A stretch of DNA of 64,000 nucleotides from Eledone cirrhosa (taxonomy: Eukaryota). Below, piece after piece: positions 49,101-62,258 of this stretch. Position numbers and translations under genes: made by a program. The stretch spans positions 61,504,001 through 61,568,000 of the forward strand of contig OZ024741.1 in the NCBI GenBank assembly GCA_964016885.1, read 5' to 3'. Position 1 is the first letter of the stretch. Each line of letters starts with the position of its first letter. Under the pieces are notes generated by a model that ran no database searches, was not told the origin of the DNA, and was given only the letters and a program-made list of their open reading frames with translations.

Positions 49101-51104
49101 TACCTGTCAGACAGTTCAAAACGCCTGAGCAGGTTGGTGAGGCTCTTGCATCCTCCTCCCCTATCCGCTAGCCCCACACAATCCCAGCGTGCATCTAAGA
49201 TCCCGTTCCAGTCGCCCACTAACACTAGAGAGCGGACTGTTCCAAGAAAGGTCTCCAGACGCCGGAAAAATTCAGGCCGTCCTGCTCCTGTTGGGGCATT
49301 GGCGGTCACTAGCCTGAAAGCTTGTCCTTCTCTGTTGGTCACGTCCAGTACCACCAACTTACCCTCTGGGTCCAAGAAGACTGGCCATATCTCAAGATCC
49401 AGACTTCTCTGGAACAACACGTGTTGTTGGAGGTGACGATGGGGTAGATGGTAAGGGTGGTGGTGGTGGTGATGGTGTCGGTGGCTGTGGGTGTGTGGCT
49501 GTTGATGGTGGTGGAGGAGGTGGGGTAGTTTTCATTTTCTTTTTTTTTTTAGGATTCTTTCTTCCTCTTTTTTTTGAGGGGGGGGGGATAAGGGTAGGGA
49601 GTTCTTCCTTTTTTTGTTGGAATAGTCTCCACTCTTCGGCCTCATCGCACTCCTTGTCCGATTTAGCTATATCAGGAAGGCGTATGCTTTCCATTGGTTC
49701 TGTGGGTGGTGGAAGAGATGGTGTTTTTGTTGTTGGAGATGGTGATTTCTCTTCTGCCACTGTGTTTTTTGTTTGTTTGTCTGCTCCAGTTGCGGGGCAC
49801 AGCGTGGGGAGAAGGGGTGGGTGCGTGCCTGTTTTGGTAAGTTTGGGGCAGAATGCCTTAAGGTGCATCTTGTCACCATATCCATGACACCTTGGGCGCC
49901 TACCTTCGACAGTCGCGGGAAGATGGCTGCCGCCGTCCAGGTCTATTACATCGGGGATGGCCTCAATGCTCTCATGGTTTGCTTGGATGATTAGCTCCAT
50001 CCCCAACCCTGTCCAATTTTCCTGTCTTATTCGCATGACGTTGAGTATGGTTGTTGAATCCTCAACGTCAGCGAGGACGGCTGACGTCCACCACGCCATC
50101 TCCACTGAGGGCGGAACCTGGCCCACTCAAACCCTCACGACTCTCTGGCCACAGTATGTGGGCATCATTGTGATTTCGTCACTGTGGAGTGGCACAATGG
50201 AGTGTGCTCTGGCTTCCTCTGGTGTAGCGAAGAGTACATTCACAGTGCCATATCTCGATCCCCGGGCTATATAGGTTTTCTGTGCCCAGATGGCACCCAT
50301 AGCTCTTTGGACCTGTGACTCCATTGCCCGTTCAACTCGCTGGGATTTTGATCCGATCGTGCGATAACTGACCGAACACAAAAGTTTGTTTCTTATTATC
50401 TCAGCTGGGCGGGTGAGACTTACTCTGTGTCCGGTTTTTTAACCAAGACCTTTGCTTGTTTTATCTCTTCATTAGTGATGTGTATTTGTTCAAAATTATC
50501 TGTTGCTTTAGCGAAAGATGTATTTGTTTTGATTTGTGTTGACACATCAGTAGTTTTGTCTTTGTTGCTGTTGTCGGTGTTTTTGTTTGTTTCTTTTTCC
50601 TCTGTGTTGCTGCTGTTATAGTTGTTGTTATTTGGGTTCTTTGTGGCTGTTGCTGTTGTTATTGTTGTTATTGGGGTGGTAGAGGTGTTTGATTTCTGTA
50701 ACGCAGGAAATTTTTCGTTATAATTTTCACTACTGCTACTACAGTTCCAGTGGCTGCTGCTGCTGTTGTCATTACCAGTCACTGTTGCTGCTGCTGCTGT
50801 TTCTCTTGCTTTTTACTTTGCCTTGTGATTGGGTGGAAATAGCTGTTCCACCCTCCGAACAACTCGCTGTTCCTCCCTATGGACAATTTTTTTTGTCCGC
50901 CATGTTTTTTTAAACAAAATTTGTGGGATATGATTGTAAATAAAAGCAAATTTAGCCCTCAAGGGTGCGAGATACAGTTTTAAAAAACCACCTCGTTTGA
51001 CAGAGGGGTTCTTTAACTACACACCGATGTAAAAATTATTATTAAGAACTTTCGATAACTCATAAAAAATTCAACTAACTTACTCCGCCATAGTTACTGC
51101 CATC
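46072..51104 (-). mobile_element. Near-full-length degenerate Tx1-type (L1 clade) LINE, copy 1
   Basis: ORF1 pieces (ATG at 50903; degenerate knuckle CHGYGDKMHLKAFC), APE (GDWNG, YLDR, GPGYWKLN), RT (DQSKAFD, RQGCPLS, YADY), C-terminal CPRC; AATAAA + (ATT)n; 11-bp TSD ttataataatt at 46061-46071 and 51105-51115. Confidence 0.93.
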
Positions 51105-51115
51105 TTATAATAATT

Positions 51116-51268
51116 GTTTCTACTTTTGGCACAAGGCCAGCAATTATCCAGTACATTACTGTTACTGGTATTTTATTTTATCGACCCCGTAAGGATGAAA
51201 GGCAAAGTTAACCTCAGCGGGATTTGAACTCAGATCGTAAGGGGACGTAACTATGCTAGATAAGTGTC
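51116..51268 (-). mobile_element. 5'-truncated Deu/Nin SINE between the two Tx1 elements
   Basis: Tail, core and B box on the minus strand. Confidence 0.85.
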
Positions 51269-54200
51269 TAATAATAATAATAATAATAATGATTTCTTTA
51301 TTGGCCACAAGGGCTGACATCAAGAAAAACATTACAGACGGCACAGGACGGTACGATGTGGGTTTTGTGCGTGTAAATATTTTTATTATTTCTATAAGAA
51401 AAGAAATAAAAGACAGAAACATATATATATATGGAGGCACATGGCTTAGTGGTTAGAGCATTGGCCTTGCAATCGAAAGGTTGTGAGTTCAATTCTCAGA
51501 CCGGGTGATGTGTTGTTTCCTTGAGCAAGACACTTTATTTCACATTGCTCCAGTTTACTCAGCTGTAGAAATGAGATGATGGGGACTGGGGTCCCCATCA
51601 TTCCACTGCAAAGTGGTCGTGGAGGTGCCACGGCAAAAAAGCGCCCAGCACTCACTGTAAATGAGGTTGGTGTTAGGAAGGGCATCCAGCTGTAGAAATC
51701 AAGCCAGAATCAGTTCCCGTCCCACCCTTGCAAGCAGGGAAAAGTGGACGTAAAATGATGATGATGATGATGATGATATATATAAACAATAAAAATGAAA
51801 ATTGAAACAATGAAAAATTCCCCAATAGGAGGGAAACCTCCGAGGGTTACTCGTGGCGAAAACTACACAAAAGACCACGGCCACCCTGACCACCAGGGCA
51901 AGCGCCCTCTCTCAATTTTTCCATTTCTCAAACTACAGACGTATATTCAGAGCGGTCCCGTTCACTTGGACCATTCTCGCTACATTCACCCACCTTTCAA
52001 CAAATTTGCTAGAAAGCAGCACTTGCCTCTCCACCCTGATTTTCCTCTTCATGTGAAACTTGAAAAAGTTAATTAGGGATTCGCCGAAGAGGAAAGTGTC
52101 TGTCTTTAACCCTTTCAACCATGTCCGGCACACAATCTCTTTCACCATGGCCACCAGGCAGATGAAAACCGCCTACCCTTCCTCCTCGAAGGAAGACGGC
52201 GAGACCATCTGCACAATGGACTCAGTTGATAACCGGATCAGTCTACACGAGTGCGTGCACGATGGTTTCGTCACTCTGCGTGCATCTCGGACAGGCTCGG
52301 CAGACGGCACTTCTGTGCTTGTAGAGCTTATCTCAAACCGGCAGCGCTCCCCGGTAGCACTGCCAGGCCAGGGATTTGGGGAAGTTATCCATAGGCCCTG
52401 GGCTGAAAGTTCTCCGGAAGAGAGCAAACAGCTGATCTTCTTCGATGCCCAGGATCTCTCCGAGAACGTTGTCGCTCTCCACTAGTCCTCTATAGAACGC
52501 CAAGGTGGATGTTCCACCGATACTGGTGCCCAGCTGGCAGAGGGCAGTGAGCGCCTGGAGACATTCCAGTTTCCAAGCGCTATCCCTCGGTCTTTTTATG
52601 ACCCAAGACTGCAGCTCCGTCAAGGAGACGAGCTGTGGGAAAACGTAGCTGGCGAACGGGGACCACACCTGTTCGCCGTCAAGGAAGCAGCAGAGATGTC
52701 ACAGCCTCAGCACATGTTTGCGCTTCATCAGCCATGGCATGCCCAGTCCTCCACGCAACAGGTGTTGACAGCAGATGGATCGTCTGACCATGGGAGCGCG
52801 TCCCTTCCACAAAAAGCGGAAGAGGAGGTGCTCAATTTTGGTGAGAGTTGGGCCAGGGCAAGGGACGACAGTGATGTACGCATTCACCACCTCCGCCCGG
52901 CCTTTCAGGGACAGCTTCCTCTCGGCCCATTTCTGGGTGAAGGAGGCCACCTTGCTCGTCACCTCGTTCCAGTTTTTCTCCATCTGGACGTCCGGTCTGA
53001 ACCAGACCCCAAGCAATTTAACTGGTCCGTCCATCCAACGCCCCACGACGCTGTCGGACGGCATGGACTTGCCTCTCCAGGTGCCGAGCTGCAAGCCCAC
53101 CGACTTTTCCTGGTTTATCTTTGCTCCTGTCACCGCTTCGTATTCCTTGAGAGCGGTGCCGAACATCTGGACGTGTCTGGTGCTCGACACCACCACGGTG
53201 ACGTCGGCGGCGTAAGCCGACTCGGATTTCCTGCATCCTAGTTTGCATGGGACGCCCCTCATCGCCCCCAGTTTGTGCAGTAACGGCTCGAGAGCCAATA
53301 CGTACAAGAGGGACGAGAGGGAAAAACCCTGGTGGACCGAGTGCATGATGCTGAAAGGCTGCGACAGGTGTCGTTGTATATCGCAGCGATCCAACCCCTG
53401 AAAACGGGCAGAAACCGGCTACTTCGAGAACCGCCGCCAGGTACCGATGGTCGACCCTGGATTGATCCAAGTTGATCAGGGCCCCACCCATGCCAGGTTC
53501 TTTAACCACCCTCTCTATGATGTATCGGATGAGGAGGAGGTTATCATGTATGGATCTGTCCGGAATGGCACATGTCTGCGCCTCTCCCACCAGACCCTTG
53601 ACGACAAGCGCCAACCTCGTTGCTAACACCTTGGCCAAAATCTTGAACTCTGCATTTAGCAGGGTTTTGGGCCTGAAATTATCGATAACATCCCCCTTGT
53701 TCTGGTCTTTTCTCAGCAGCGACACCGCTCCCCGGCTCACAAAACTGGGAATTCTCCCATTCTGCTGCCAGTTGCAGTAGACGTCTGCCAAGAGGTCACC
53801 GAACAAGTCTGGCTAAATGCATAAAGCTCGTAGGGCAGATCATCCAAACCTGGCGATTTACCCTTCGTGCAGTTAGCCATCGCTTCCTGTATTTCACCGG
53901 CTGTTATTGGCTTTTCACTGTGCTGTGGTTGTCGAGAGCCGAGGCAGTCTGTTGAGGTATGCACTGAAGTCCATGCCACGATCCGGCCCACCGACCCGCT
54001 GCTGCTTCCGAACAGTTCAGCAAAGTGCTGCTGAAAAGCTTCACACATCTGCTTGGGTTCGAGCAACACGCACCTGTTTTGGTCAAAGACTGAATTGTGG
54101 CTTTGTTGCCACGTCGCGCCTCTGCCACCCGGGCCCATTGGACAGCTTTTGTCCCCTCGTGTTTCAGAGCACGCGCTCTAGCTCTGACAACGCAGTCTTC

Positions 54201-57200
54201 GTGTTTTGCATTGAAGAATTGGTCGAGTGCCAATCTCGCCGCAAGCACGTCGGTTGCGATGCCTGTCCTAAACGCCTCTTCTAGCTTTCTGACTAGCTCT
54301 CCCTCTACTTTCCTCTATCACTACTCCTTTGATAAACCTAATCGACTCTACTTTAATTGTCCTTTTAAGGGCGAACCACCACCTGTTGTTGACGACCGCT
54401 CCCGTCAACGCCCGCTTAACTAATACGCTAATCCGGTCTCTGTAGGCCTTGCGTGCCGGGAAAGACGCGTTCAGCTTCCAGTAACCGGGCCTTTGTCTAT
54501 GAAGTCTGTCTATGTCGATCTCACAAATCACAAATTTGTAGTCTGTGTAGTCAACTATTTTAAATTGTGGACAACTTATACTAGCCTTATCCAGTTCTCT
54601 GCAGAATACCCTATCGTGATACGATCTGGATGACCCGATACGGTTTGTCCATGTCCACATTGGCACATTCGGGTGATCCAGTCGATACCTGTCAGACAGT
54701 TCAAAACGTCTGAGCAGGTTGGTGAGGCTCTTGCACCCTCCTCCCCTATCCACTAGCCCCACACAATCCCAGCGTGCATCCAAGATACCGTTCCAGTCGC
54801 CCACTAACACTAAAGAGTGGGACGTTCTAAGAAAAGTCTCTAGACGTCTGAAGAAATCTGGCCATCCTGCCCCTGTTGGGACGTAGATGGCTACTAGCCT
54901 GAAAGCATTGCCTTCGCTGCTGGTCATGTCCAGTACCACCGACTTACCTTCTGGGTCTAGAAAGATGGCCCATATGGTGAGATCCAAACCTCTCCGAAAA
55001 AGGACGGCAACCCCTCCCCCCGATCCTGGACGGCTGGGAGATGCGTATACATTGTAGCCGCCGAAGATCGGTGTGAAGGGATGTGCTTCGGAGATTCTGG
55101 TCTTGCTGATGGCCACCACATCTATGTTTAGTGACCTGAGGTTGTTGAGAAGGTGACCCTGCTTCCAAGATGACCCCAGGCCGCGTGCATTTATACTGCC
55201 TATTCTGAGTACGGCCATGTTGGATGAGAAATGGGGCAAGTGAGAAAGGGTCACTTACCTTGATCGTGTGGTGAAGGGACAGTAGAACCGTCCCTTTGGC
55301 TGGTCAAGGGTGTTTCCCAGAGGATGTCAGTGTATATCCTCTTGGTAACCGTCCCTCTGAAGTCTCCAACTGCGTTGGGGAATTTTTGTTTTAAAGGTTT
55401 GTACTGTTCTATTGAGATTTCAATGATGCTTATGTTTGTCGGGAGAGTTCATGGTGTTGGTGGGGTGTAGTAGTTTTTTTCTGTGATGTGTGTGTGCTGC
55501 TGTATATATTGTATGAGTTCTTTTTTTGCCATGTTTATGGCTGTGTGCTTTTTGGGAGGAGGGGTGATTTTGTTGCTGTTTTCTTCTTGTTGCTGTTTGG
55601 TGTGTGTGTTTTGTTTTGTTTGCGTTGTTGGTGTTTTTGGTGATGCTGGTGGTGGTGTAGTTGTTGTTGGCGGTGGTGCTTGTGGTGGTGATGGTGATGG
55701 TGTTTGCTGCAAGTTTCCTTGCTGCCTTTACCCCTCTTTGTGTGCCTTCGCTTTTGGTGGGTGAAGGTAAGGATTTTTTTTCTTTTTTCTTTTTTTGTGG
55801 CAGACCGTTTTCCACTTCACTCCCGCCTCAAACTCCATGTCGGATTCCATGAGGTCTCGGAGGGTTATGTGCTCCACAGCTGTTGATGGTGGTAGTGGAG
55901 CCTTCTCCGGCAATTTTGTTGCTGGTGCAGCTACTTCGAATGTAGCTATTGGTCGTTGCCGCCACTGATGCTGCTGCTTTAGTTGTCCGTGGCCTTGGTA
56001 CGGGTGCCACAGACGTTGCCCTCCTACTCACAGTGGAAGGGGCTTCTGCATTTGTTGCCTGCCCTGCTCTTGGTAGCAGCGGACCAGGCATTGGAATGAG
56101 AGGGGCCTTCTTCTTCGCTGTCTTCTGCGGGCAAAAGGCCCTGATGTGACTCTTCGACCCACAGAGATAACATTTTGGCAGTCTTCCTTCTACGCTTATA
56201 GGGAGTTGGAGTCCTTCCTCGATGTCTATGATATCTGGGATAGCGTCGCTACATTCCTGGTCAGTTTGTATAAGAATTTGCCTGCCTATACCTGACCAGT
56301 TCTCTCTCCCTATTTTCTCTACTTGCAGCATGGTCATCCTGTCCTCGATTCCAGCAAGGACAGACGCGGCCAGCCAAGGTATGGGCACATCGGGTGGCAC
56401 CTGGGTCACTTTGAGCCTCACAATTTTCTGCCCGCAGTAGGAGGGCACCAATACTATCTCCACACTCTTTAGGGTTTCCAAAGAGTGAGACTTCGCTTCT
56501 TGGGGGGGGGGGGGGGCGAAAAGTACGTCTACTGTGGCGTACTTTCTGCCTCGGGTGATGTGGGTTTTGCGTGCCCAGATGCACCCCAAGGCCTTTTGGA
56601 TTTGAGCCTCCGTGGCTCTCTCCACCCGATGTGAGATTTTGCTTACGGTGCGGTAAGTCACCGTCCGTAGCTGCTGGTCCTTGAAAAAAATCGGGTGGAG
56701 GTTTCAGAGAGACTCTATTGGCGCTTCTTGTCACCATGGCCTTTGCGACTGCCATCCTCCTCTGTGACTAACACTGTTTCCATATTTCGGGCGACACCTG
56801 CAAAAGAAGTGGTCCCTTTTTCAGCAGCACCACTATTGCTGCCACTACTGGTCTTACTGGTGGTGCTGAGATCGCTGTTACAGGTATCGATGTCATTGTT
56901 GATGTTTTTGTTGGTACTGTTGTTGGTGTTGTTGTTGTTTTCGTTGATACTGTTGCTGTTGTTACTGTTATTTTGGCTGTTGTTATTATTGTTGTTTTTG
57001 TTGATACTGTTCCTACTATTATTGTTGTTGCGGCTGTTGTCATTGTTATTGTCGTTCTCGACCTTACCGCTGTTATTTTTGTTGTTGCTGTTGTTATTGA
57101 TGGTGATGTTGTTGGTGTTATTGTTAGTGTTGTATGTGTTAGAAATATTTGGTAATTTTAAATCTGTAACAATCCTCTTTTCCTTCGTAATATTTTCGTT

Positions 57201-57508
57201 TATATTTACCTCCGCTGGAACGCTGTCTTGTTGACATGCTGATAAAGTCTCCCTCTCTCTGTGTTGTCTGACAGCGCTCTCTCTCTTTCTTGTGTTATCC
57301 ATGTTGAAATTTTTTTCAAAAAATATTTTTACACAAATACGACACCCCATAAAGAGGTGTCGTATTATTTATGAGTGAACCCCTGTATTAGGTGGGTCAC
57401 TTCTAAACTTTTACCAAATTTAAAACTTGAATAAAATGTTTAGAACGGTTGAAAACGAGGTAAAACGTCGAAAAAAACTGGAGGCGATAAGAAGCGTGGC
57501 TTCACCAA
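51269..57508 (-). mobile_element. Full-length but degenerate Tx1-type LINE, copy 2
   Basis: Asn-rich ORF1 N-terminus (56715-57350), CCHC knuckle CYLCGSKSHIRAFC, APE ORF 54268-55254 (SINARGL, GDWNG), RT with YAAD, frameshifts; AATAAA + (ATT)n tail. Confidence 0.93.
51432..51777 (+). mobile_element. Full-length tRNA-head / CORE-like / RTE-tail SINE inserted in the Tx1 3' UTR
   Basis: tggcttagtggttagagc A box, gagttcaattc B box, CORE-like cttgagcaagacactt..cagctgtagaaatgag, RTE-type end and (GAT)n tail. Confidence 0.9.
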
Positions 57509-57622
57509 CAATAATAATAATAATAATGCTTTCTTTATTAACCACAAGGGTTTACATAAGGTAGACATTAAGGACAGTACAGGACAATACAGGACGGTAC
57601 AAATGGTCATTTCCGTGTGTAA
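57509..57622 (-). mobile_element. Tx1 3'-terminal fragment (copy 1 subfamily)
   Basis: Almost identical to 46085-46197. Confidence 0.9.
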
Positions 57623-57629
57623 AAAAAAA

Positions 57630-59570
57630 AAATAATAATAATAATAATAATGAAATTATTGTGTAAAGTGCTAAGGTGCACTACAACTCGTCAAAGGTGT
57701 ATGTATAGTACATAGAATAATATACAAATGTCAGGGAAGGGAATAGTGTATGAGTCATGATATACATGTGTGTATGTGTATGGAGGGGGAATATTAGGTG
57801 TAGTGTTGGCGAATCTCAGGAAGCATGGAGGTTTTAAAGGATGCAGTGTTTCGACAGCTAATAACTGATGCAGGTAGTTTGTTCCATGCTTCACAACTCT
57901 GAGAGTGAAAAGATGTTTCCGAAAGTCATGGGAACTGTGCTGTTTTCTGACTTTGTGGGCATGCCCACCTGTGTTAGACACATGGAAATCAAAAAGGTAC
58001 TCTGGGTTGTTGTTGGCAAGATGGGTAATAATTTTGTGGGTGTTTACCAAGTCAGTTGCCAGACGTTGGAGATTCAATGTATCCATGCCCAGGGAAGCAA
58101 GGCGTTCAGAGTATGGTAGATTCCTGATGGAGGGTATTCGCTGGGTTGCACATCTCTGAACAGTTTCCAGGCGGTCAATGTTCTGAGCAAGATAGGGGTT
58201 CCAGACTGGTGATGCAAATTCTAAGTGTGGCCGCACCATAGCTATGTACAGCTTTAAATAGATAGCTGGAGAGCGGCTGACAAAGGTCTTGCTGAGTGAT
58301 GCTAAGACACCCTCGGCTTTCTTGACAATTTTAGAGACGTGCTTCGTCCAACGCAAATCGCTGCTGACCGTAATGCCCAGGTCACGTTCACAAGAAGACT
58401 TCTTGATATTAGTGTTGTAGAGGGAGTATGTAGACGCTGGATTTTTACTCCCAAAATGCATGGTGGTGCACTTGTCCACACTAGCTTGAGTTGCCAGTCT
58501 GTGATCCATTGTTGCATTGTGTCCAGGTCAAATTGCAGGCAAGATCTAAAGTGTTCAGGATCTGTCCTTTATATCTCAAGGTTACAGATTGATGTCATCT
58601 GCATATTTCAGTACTGTGGCATTCTTTAAGTTGGCATCTATGTCATTAATATATGCCACAAACAAAAGGGGGCCAAGAACAGATCCCTGTGGTACACCAG
58701 ATGACATCTCATATGGTGAGGAATGCTGTCCTAGAACCGTGACTACCTCTCTTCGACTGAGAATGAAGGACTTCATCCAGTTAAAAAGATGATCCTTCAC
58801 ACCCATTGCAGAGAGTTTTGCCATAAGCCTTTTGTGTGGCACAGAATTGAAAGCTTTAGCAAAATCAAGGTAAACAACCCATGAGCCGCTGTCAGTGATC
58901 CGGGTGATGTCTTCAAGAAACTCAATAAGTTGATCACAGCAGCTAGAGTTAGGGATAAATCCAAATTGCAAGGGCTGGATAAGACTGTGAGAGTACCAGA
59001 AGTTCCAAAGTGTTTCTCTGACACACGATTCCATCAGTTTGGCAATGCAGCTAGTAAGACTGACTGGACGATAGTCCACAGGTGATGTGCGGTCACCCTT
59101 TTTGAACAGAGGAATGACACTGGCAGTTTTCCACTGTTCTGGAGTAGCACCGTTGTTCAGACAGAATTGGAAGAAGCGTGATAGCTGGTGCAGAAGGAAG
59201 TACCCACCACATTTGAGAAGCAGGTACGTAACACCATCAAGACCAGGAGAGGCATGGTTGCGTTTATTTTTAAGGTGACGTCGCAACATTGCAGGTGTAA
59301 ATTCCATAGTTGTAATAGAATCCGGTGTCATAGGTGGTGGAGACGGTACACTCTGGTCTTCAATAGTGAAAATGCCTGCATAGCATTTAGCAATGAGCTC
59401 TGCGCATTCCTTGGGGTCGTCAGTAACCTGGCTTGCGTGGGAATTGCGAAAAGGACCAACTGGAGAGTGAGGCCTCTGCTTTGAGTGAACATACTTCCAG
59501 AACACCTTACTGTCAGGGCTGGTTGCTATGCACTGCTCAAATTGAAGCACTGCTTTTTTGTCATCTGTTT
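57630..59570 (-). mobile_element. 5'-truncated CR1/L2-group LINE
   Basis: ORFs 58582-59550 and 57691-58509: PLFKKGDR..YRPVSLTS, YLDFAKAF, SGVPQGSVLGP, YADD, VRPHLEFASPVWNPY; (ATT)n tail. Confidence 0.93.
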
Positions 59571-59579
59571 GAGATGGTT

Positions 59580-60050
59580 GGATGAGTGTTGTTGTAGTAG
59601 TTGTGGTGGTGGAGTTGTGGTAATGTTATAGTGGTGGTGGTAATGTTAGAGGGCTGTTGTTGGTGTAGTTGTAGCAGTTGTGGTGTAGTTGTGGTATTGT
59701 CAGTGTTGTTGTTGGTGTAGTTTTAGTAGTTGTGGTAATGTTATGGTGTAGTTGTGGTGATGGGGCTGTTGTAATGTTGTTAATGCTGTTGTAGTTGTGA
59801 TAATGTTATGGTGTTGTTGTAGTTGTGGTGGTGGGGCTGTTGTAATGTTGTTAATGCTGTTGTAGTTGTGATAATGTTATAGTGTTGTTGTTGGTGTTGT
59901 AGTAGTAGTTGTTGCTGTTGGTCAGAGTGGTGGTGGTGACATTGAAGTGTAGTGGTTGCTGTTGAAATACTAATGCCTGTTTTACAGGAACTTTAGTTAA
60001 TTTTTGTCTGCTTTTTTGTTGTTGTCATTATTGTTGTACAAGTGTCAGAG
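59580..60050. repeat. GT-rich low-complexity tract with a ~72-bp internal duplication
   Basis: ggggctgttgtaatgttgttaatgctgttgtagttgtgataatgttat at ~59762 and ~59833. Confidence 0.75.
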
Positions 60051-60185
60051 TTGGTGATAAATGCTTGCGTAATTACAGTCATTTGTCGTCTGCCTTGTAG
60101 TCACAGCAAAATAGACACTGAAAGCAAAAGTTTATGGGTTATATCTGTTAACTAAGTTAATTATTTGTTATTCAAATAAATAAAT

Positions 60186-60318
60186 ACAATAATAATAATA
60201 ATAATAATAATAATAATTGTTTCTACTTTTGGCACAAGGCCATCAAATACCCAGTGTATTACTGGTATTTTATTTTATCGACCCCGTAAGGATATAAGGC
60301 AAAGTTAACCTCGGCGGG

Positions 60319-60357
<39 letters not shown>

Positions 60358-60773
60358 GTAATGATTTCTAATATAGGCACAAGGCCAGCAATTTGGGGGA
60401 GGGGAAAGTCAATTAAATCGACCCCAGTACGTTACTGGTGCTTTATTTTATCAACCCTGTAAGGATGAAAGTCAAAGCTGACCTCGGCAGGATTCGAACT
60501 CAGACTGTAAAGGGCCGTTACTCTATGCTGAAATTTATTATCAGAGCGGTGGATTGGCAGTATCGGTAGAGGGTCGGACGCCATGCTTTGCAGCAAAGAG
60601 TTACGGCCCTTTATGGTCTGAGTTCAAATCCTGCCGAGGATAACTTTGCCTTTTATCCTTACGGGGTCGATAAAATAAAGTACCAGTCACGCACTGGGGT
60701 AGATTTTATCGACTTTCCCCTCACCCCAAAATTGCTGGCCTTGTGCCTATATAAGAAACCATTATTATTATGA
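60186..60773. mobile_element. Three Deu/Nin SINEs (minus, minus, plus)
   Basis: Minus ~60186-60320 and ~60321-60530; plus ~60546-60773 long form. Confidence 0.87.
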
Positions 60774-61639
60774 TAAGGTTGACACTCAGCATGATTTGGG
60801 AAGGAAGCAGAATTCAAAGGAAGTTTCAAAGAATTATAATAATAGAAAAGATAAAACACAGACAAAAGGGCACAGATATATATATACCCATGCAAGCATG
60901 AAAAATACATGCAATGATGAGGATATATATGTATAACGATGATGATGATGAGGAGGAGGATATATATATATATATTTATTCTGCATGTAATAATTGCATG
61001 TACACATATATCGATACAAAGTATATGCAAATGTACACACACAGCTTAAAGCATACAGATCCACACATACAATAATATCCATACCTGCACACACACACAC
61101 ACATGCAGACACACATACCTAGTTGATGTTGTCTAAATTCCAATGAAAGAGTCTTTCTCTCTATTAGTAAAAATTTATAAAATAATGAAACCAGAAGAAC
61201 ATACATACATTAGAGGAAGCTTCAGTTGTGTGAAGGACATGACAAACTCCTTAGAGCTGGTGATCTACAGGATAAAAGTACGCAGTACAGGTTATAATTG
61301 ATTGGAGTTCTAAAGGGCATCCTGCCATAGAAAGATTGTTGAACAAAAGGTTGGGAGGACCCTTCAGTTGCGTCAAAAACATGACAACCTCTCTAGTACT
61401 GGTGCCACAACAAAATATACTTAGTAGAACACAGAAATATATGAAAGTGAGATGTGAAATACCAGCAAGTCTGGGAGGTCATGCTGCAATGGCCATGCTT
61501 CAGTACAGACTGTCTGTGAAGACTCATCCAATACTTTCTAGTATGGAAAGTGAGATTCACAGAGGCAATGACGAAGAAACGCGGTGAGTGGAGAGACCTG
61601 TCCAACCCATGTAAGCATGGAAAAATGGACATAAAATGA

Positions 61640-62026
61640 TGATGATATATATATAGTATATATATACATAATATATATACATATAGTATATATATACATA
61701 ATATATGTATATATATACATAATATATATATTTATATACATATATATAATATATACATAATATATATATACACATATATATATAATATATACATAATATA
61801 TATATATACAAAAGCAGGCGTAAAATGATGATAATGATGATGATAATATATACATTATATATACATATATATATATATATACATATATATATAATATATA
61901 CATAATATATATATATATATACAAAAGCAGGCGTAAAATGATGATGATGATGATGATGATGATAATATATACATTATATATATAATGTATACATTATATA
62001 TATATATATATATATATAATGTATAC

Positions 62027-62103
<77 letters not shown>

Positions 62104-62196
62104 GTATACAATGTATACATTATATATATATATATATATATATATAATGTATACATTATATATATATATATATATATATAATGTATACATTATATA

Positions 62197-62258
<62 letters not shown>

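Noticed and set aside
51432-51505. tRNA gene
   Set aside because: A and B boxes are present, but there is no proper cloverleaf and it continues into a SINE body
46072-57508. Active autonomous Tx1 elements
   Set aside because: Both copies have many frameshifts and altered catalytic motifs (YADY, YAAD)
59580-60130. Mucin-like Thr-rich host exon
   Set aside because: Stops in the frames examined after the candidate acceptor and no ORF in the track; treated as low-complexity repeat
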